A stretch of DNA of 64,000 bases, from NCBI RefSeq assembly GCF_001194135.2, contig NC_068986.1, forward strand, positions 72,228,916-72,292,915, given 5' to 3'. This DNA comes from Octopus bimaculoides (lineage: Eukaryota). Numbering within the stretch: position 1 is the first letter of the stretch; each line of letters begins with the position of its first letter. The notes beneath the pieces are model-generated. The model saw nothing but the letters and a program-made list of their open reading frames with translations, did not search any database and was not told the origin of the DNA. The position numbers and the translations under genes were made by a program. Below are positions 60,294 to 64,000 of the stretch, in pieces.

Positions 60294-61002
60294 CTAAATT
60301 CTCAGATACAAGATAAAGCAAACAACAATGTGTAAAGAGAAAGAAACTGGTTGACATAAACTTTTCAGATACGATCTCTGAGAGTGCTGGTTATCCAAAT
60401 TCCAGTGATGGAATGTTTGTTTTTTTGTTAGAAACCAACTTCAACCTTCAAGCAAAGTATTACATACATACCTTACATACATAATTGTACTTACATACAT
60501 AATTGCATACATACATGCACACACACACAAACACACACAATCGTGTGTGTGTGTGTGCACATGCTTGATTGAGTGTGACAAGCATATCAACACCACTAGA
60601 CCACTAGTAACATGTTACAAAAGAAAGAGAAGGAAGAGAAAGAAAATTACAAGAGACGAACATTAATGAAACAAAATAAAATGATAGTATGCTGAGACTT
60701 GTTAAAAATAAAGCCACAATTAGCAAATACATTTAGTGCAGACTTTCAGCTTCATAACAGTTGTCAATCAAGGCTGTGTTTTTAACTCCTTCCTTTTCAC
60801 ATATCTTCACAAATCCCCTTCAAAGCATTCAGAACAAGATGACTTTGAGTGCAAAATATTCAATTAGAATTGTATATTGACTAGTTTGTTGTAACATGGA
60901 ATAAAGTCTAGTGTTTTAGCAGAGGGCTTTTGTCAGGGAAAGCATGCAAAAATGTTGTGAAATTTCAAGTATGACTATTTGGAAATAATGGTGACTTAGC
61001 AG

Positions 61003-61026
61003 GAGAGAGAGAGAGAGAGAGAGAGG

Positions 61027-61068
<42 letters not shown>

Positions 61069-61085
61069 GATAGAGGGAGGGAGAT
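61003..61085 (+). repeat. (GA)n microsatellite
   Basis: Seen directly. Confidence 0.9.
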
Positions 61086-61569
61086 ATGAATAAAAAATAA
61101 ACTATGCACTTAAAACCCATGAGAGAAACATTTTCAGTTAAAAAAAAACATTTTTAATAATTTCAGAGGAAAATGTGTGATTTAAGGGACATCTGGCTGT
61201 TGTTTCTAGTACATCCCCAAACCTCCCTCCTCATTTCTTTCTCACTCACACATCTATTGATATTTTTCTCTCCATAAAGGTAGATTTGTTTTGTGGTCTT
61301 TTTTTTCTTTTCCAGGTTATTCTGCATGCTTTCAACGAATGTGACATCAAAATCACATGTAAACGGCTCCTTTTTCCAGGAAAGGAATGATTTGGCTACT
61401 GTTTCTAGCATGCCCTGCTACCACGAAACAGCTATTTGTGTTTACACCGAAATATTTACCAACTTTTTTCCTTCCATTTATTTTTTTCACTTTATAGAAG
61501 TCTGTTGACATCCACCTCAGTTAATTTTGCTTTTCTTCCAGTTCTGTGCTTTCTGGAAGAAAAGCCCTC

Positions 61570-61962
61570 ACAGGCATAGGAGTGGCTATGTGGTAAGTAG
61601 CTTGCTTACGAACCACATGGTTCTGGGTTCAGTCTCACTGCATGGCACCTTGGGCAAGTGTCTTCTACTATAGCCTTGGGCCGACCAAAGCCTTGTGAGT
61701 AGATTTGGTAGACGGAAACTGAAAGAAGCCTGTCGTATATATATATGTATATTTGTGCGTCTGTGTTTGTCACCCCAACATCGTTTGACAACCGATGCTG
61801 GTGTGTTTACGTCCTCTTAACTTAGTGGTTCGGCAAAAGAAACCGATAGAATAAGCACTAAGCTTACAAGGAATAAGTCCTGGGGTCGATTTGCTCGACT
61901 AAAGGTGGTGCTCCAGCATGGCCACAGTCAAATGATTGAAACAAGTAAAAGAGTAAAAAGTG
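61570..61962 (+). mobile_element. tRNA-derived SINE family A, full-length reference copy
   Basis: Head ggcataggagtggctatgtggtaagtagcttgcttacgaaccacatggttctgggttcagtctc (box A/B-like), internal (TA)n, tail gaaacaagtaaaagagtaaaaag. Confidence 0.9.
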
Positions 61963-62440
61963 TATTATCTCAAAGTTATGAGAATTCACTAACGTGATTT
62001 GTTTATTTTTTTGAANNNNNNNNNNNNNNNNNNNNNNNNNNNNNNNNNNNNNNNNNNNNNNNNNNNNNNNNNNNNNNNNNNNNNNNNNNNNNNNNNNNNN
62101 NNNNNNNNNNNNNNNNNNNNNNNNNNNNNNNNNNNNNNNNNNNNNNNNNNNNNNNNNNNNNNNNNNNNNNNNNNNNNNNNNNNNNNNNNNNNNNNNNNNN
62201 NNNNNNNNNNNNNNNNNNNNNNNNNNNNNNNNNNNNNNNNNNNNNNNNNNNNNNNNNNNNNNNNNNNNNNNNNNNNNNNNNNNNNNNNNNNNNNNNNNNN
62301 NNNNNNNNNNNNNNNNNNNNNNNNNNNNNNNNNNNNNNNNNNNNNNNNNNNNNATTAGTTTTAAACTAAAAAAAGTTTACTGATAAAGTGGTCTTCAAAA
62401 AATAAAAATGAAAAAACGAAAAACATGATATATACATAAT

Positions 62441-62773
62441 TTAATTTTTCCTCTTCTCCTCCGTTTTGTTGATGAGATTCAAGTTACCCTTCATGAAAAT
62501 TAGCATACTAAAATTTTCATCAGACAAGGACAATCTCTTGGCACTCAAGCTGTCCTTGCAACATTCAGCTGCAGCACTGGAAGGGATGACTGTGTTGAAC
62601 TTGATGAACAAGTCCACCAACACTTGCTCACTCAAGAAGGCAATATCTGTCGGTAGATCTTTGGAGTTGGTCTCCAACCAGGTCTTTACTAGATTCTGAG
62701 CCTTGTCCTTCAGTGACCTGTGGCTTCCACTCTCTTTTTGTTGGGTGACTCCACTGAAGAAATCCTCCTCCAC
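62441..62773 (-). pseudogene. hAT transposase C-terminal dimerisation-domain relic
   Basis: DLFIKFNTVIPSSAAAE..KDSLSAKRLSLSDENFSMLIFMKGN; the usual ERLFS segment is missing. Confidence 0.65.
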
Positions 62774-62924
62774 GTCTTCATTGTTGCACCTCCACTGTTG
62801 CTACTCACTTCCTCAGACTGTTATCTCATGGCATCCTCTACCTTATCCTCCATGCTTCACAACTTGGTGAACTTGGTGCTATCATACCTATTCAACCAAA
62901 TGAGGCAAAACCTCTAACCTATAA

Positions 62925-63068
62925 ACTATATGTATATATGTGTATTATATATATATATATATATGATATACATACATACATACAGCTGTATGTATGTATG
63001 TATGTGTATTATATGTATATATATGTATGTGTATTATATGTATATATATGTATATATATGTATGTGTA

Positions 63069-63122
<54 letters not shown>

Positions 63123-63169
63123 NNNNNNNNNNNNNNNNNNNNNNNNNNNNNNNNNNNNNNNNNNNNNNN

Positions 63170-63215
<46 letters not shown>
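62925..63215 (+). repeat. Compound TA/TG microsatellite, gap, (CAT)n
   Basis: Seen directly. Confidence 0.9.
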
Positions 63216-64000
63216 TTAATGTCCGTTGTCCATGCTAACATAGGTTGGATGGATTGACCAGAGCTGGAGAACTGCACCAGGCTCTAGTCTGATTTGGCAT
63301 GGTTTCTATGGCTGGATGCCCTTCCTAATGCCAACCACGTTACAGAGTCTGCTGAGTGCTTTTATGTGGCACTGTGCAGATGTTTTTACATGGTACTGCA
63401 CCACTATTTTTATATGGCACTATATAGGCACTTTTACATGGCACCGGCACAGGACTCTTAGAGGTCAGTCCTCTCCACCAGAGAGACTAAACTTAACATT
63501 TCTGCTGTGGAGTAGAGGTCTGCTTGAGTACAGTAAAGCATCAGGCATCCTGATCCTTTGCCATCTTCCCCAAAAGGTGAACATCCTGAGGTCATTCTTC
63601 AGTACTTCATCTCATATCTTCCTGGCTCTCTCACTTCCATGTGTTCCATCTACTTTGAGAGAACAGCACTTCTTTACAGAGATATCCGCATCCATCTGCA
63701 TCACATGACCAAACCAATGCAGTCTTCTCTCTTGAACATAGCATCTAATTCCTAACTTCTTTCCCAATACACTAGCACTCTGTCAGACATGAACACTTAC
63801 ATTACACATCCAGTGGAGCATACTAGTCTCATTCCTCACTAACCTTCGCATGTCCTCTGCATTCAAGGCCCATGTCTCACTACTATGTGGAATTGCCATC
63901 CATATACATACATCATAAAATCTTCCTTTCACTCGGAGAAAGAAACCTTTCATAGTCAGCAGAGGTAACAGCTCTCTGAATTTCCTCCATCCTATTCTTA
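63170..64000 (-). mobile_element. RTE-LINE 3' end running off the window
   Basis: (CAT)n plus ttaatgtccgttgtccatgc tail; the minus-strand frame resembles the RT C-terminus. Confidence 0.85.

Noticed and set aside
62930-63257. Low-complexity ORFs (YI, poly-S/I/H)
   Set aside because: Translations of microsatellites.

Overview
AT-rich, microsatellite- and transposon-dense eukaryotic scaffold with several N gaps. The SINE/RTE families and the C2H2 gene suggest an octopod cephalopod (inference). It holds four genes: a single-coding-exon C2H2 zinc-finger gene (+, 5249-6241), a 13-exon DEAD-box helicase DDX47/RRP3 (-, 13347-31384), a 4-exon PHF5A/Rds3 (+, 31850-42138) head-to-head with DDX47 (465 bp between start codons), and the 3' part of an unrecognised small-exon gene (-, 47694-60293) that I reconstructed from splice sites and codon phase. 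The rest is tRNA-derived SINEs, RTE, CR1-like and Dong/R4-like LINE relics, mariner and hAT relics, and MITEs. The most notable signal is a set of non-coding elements carrying type I minimal hammerhead ribozyme (HHR) motifs in inverted, divergent arrangements. The best is a ~361-nt circularly permuted monomer (45355-46521) with a U3-A8 core variant at the tip of a ~140-nt stem, which looks like a retrozyme/Penelope-type circRNA element. A second HHR lies in sense orientation in DDX47 intron 5. All alignments and folds were done by eye; no searches were run.
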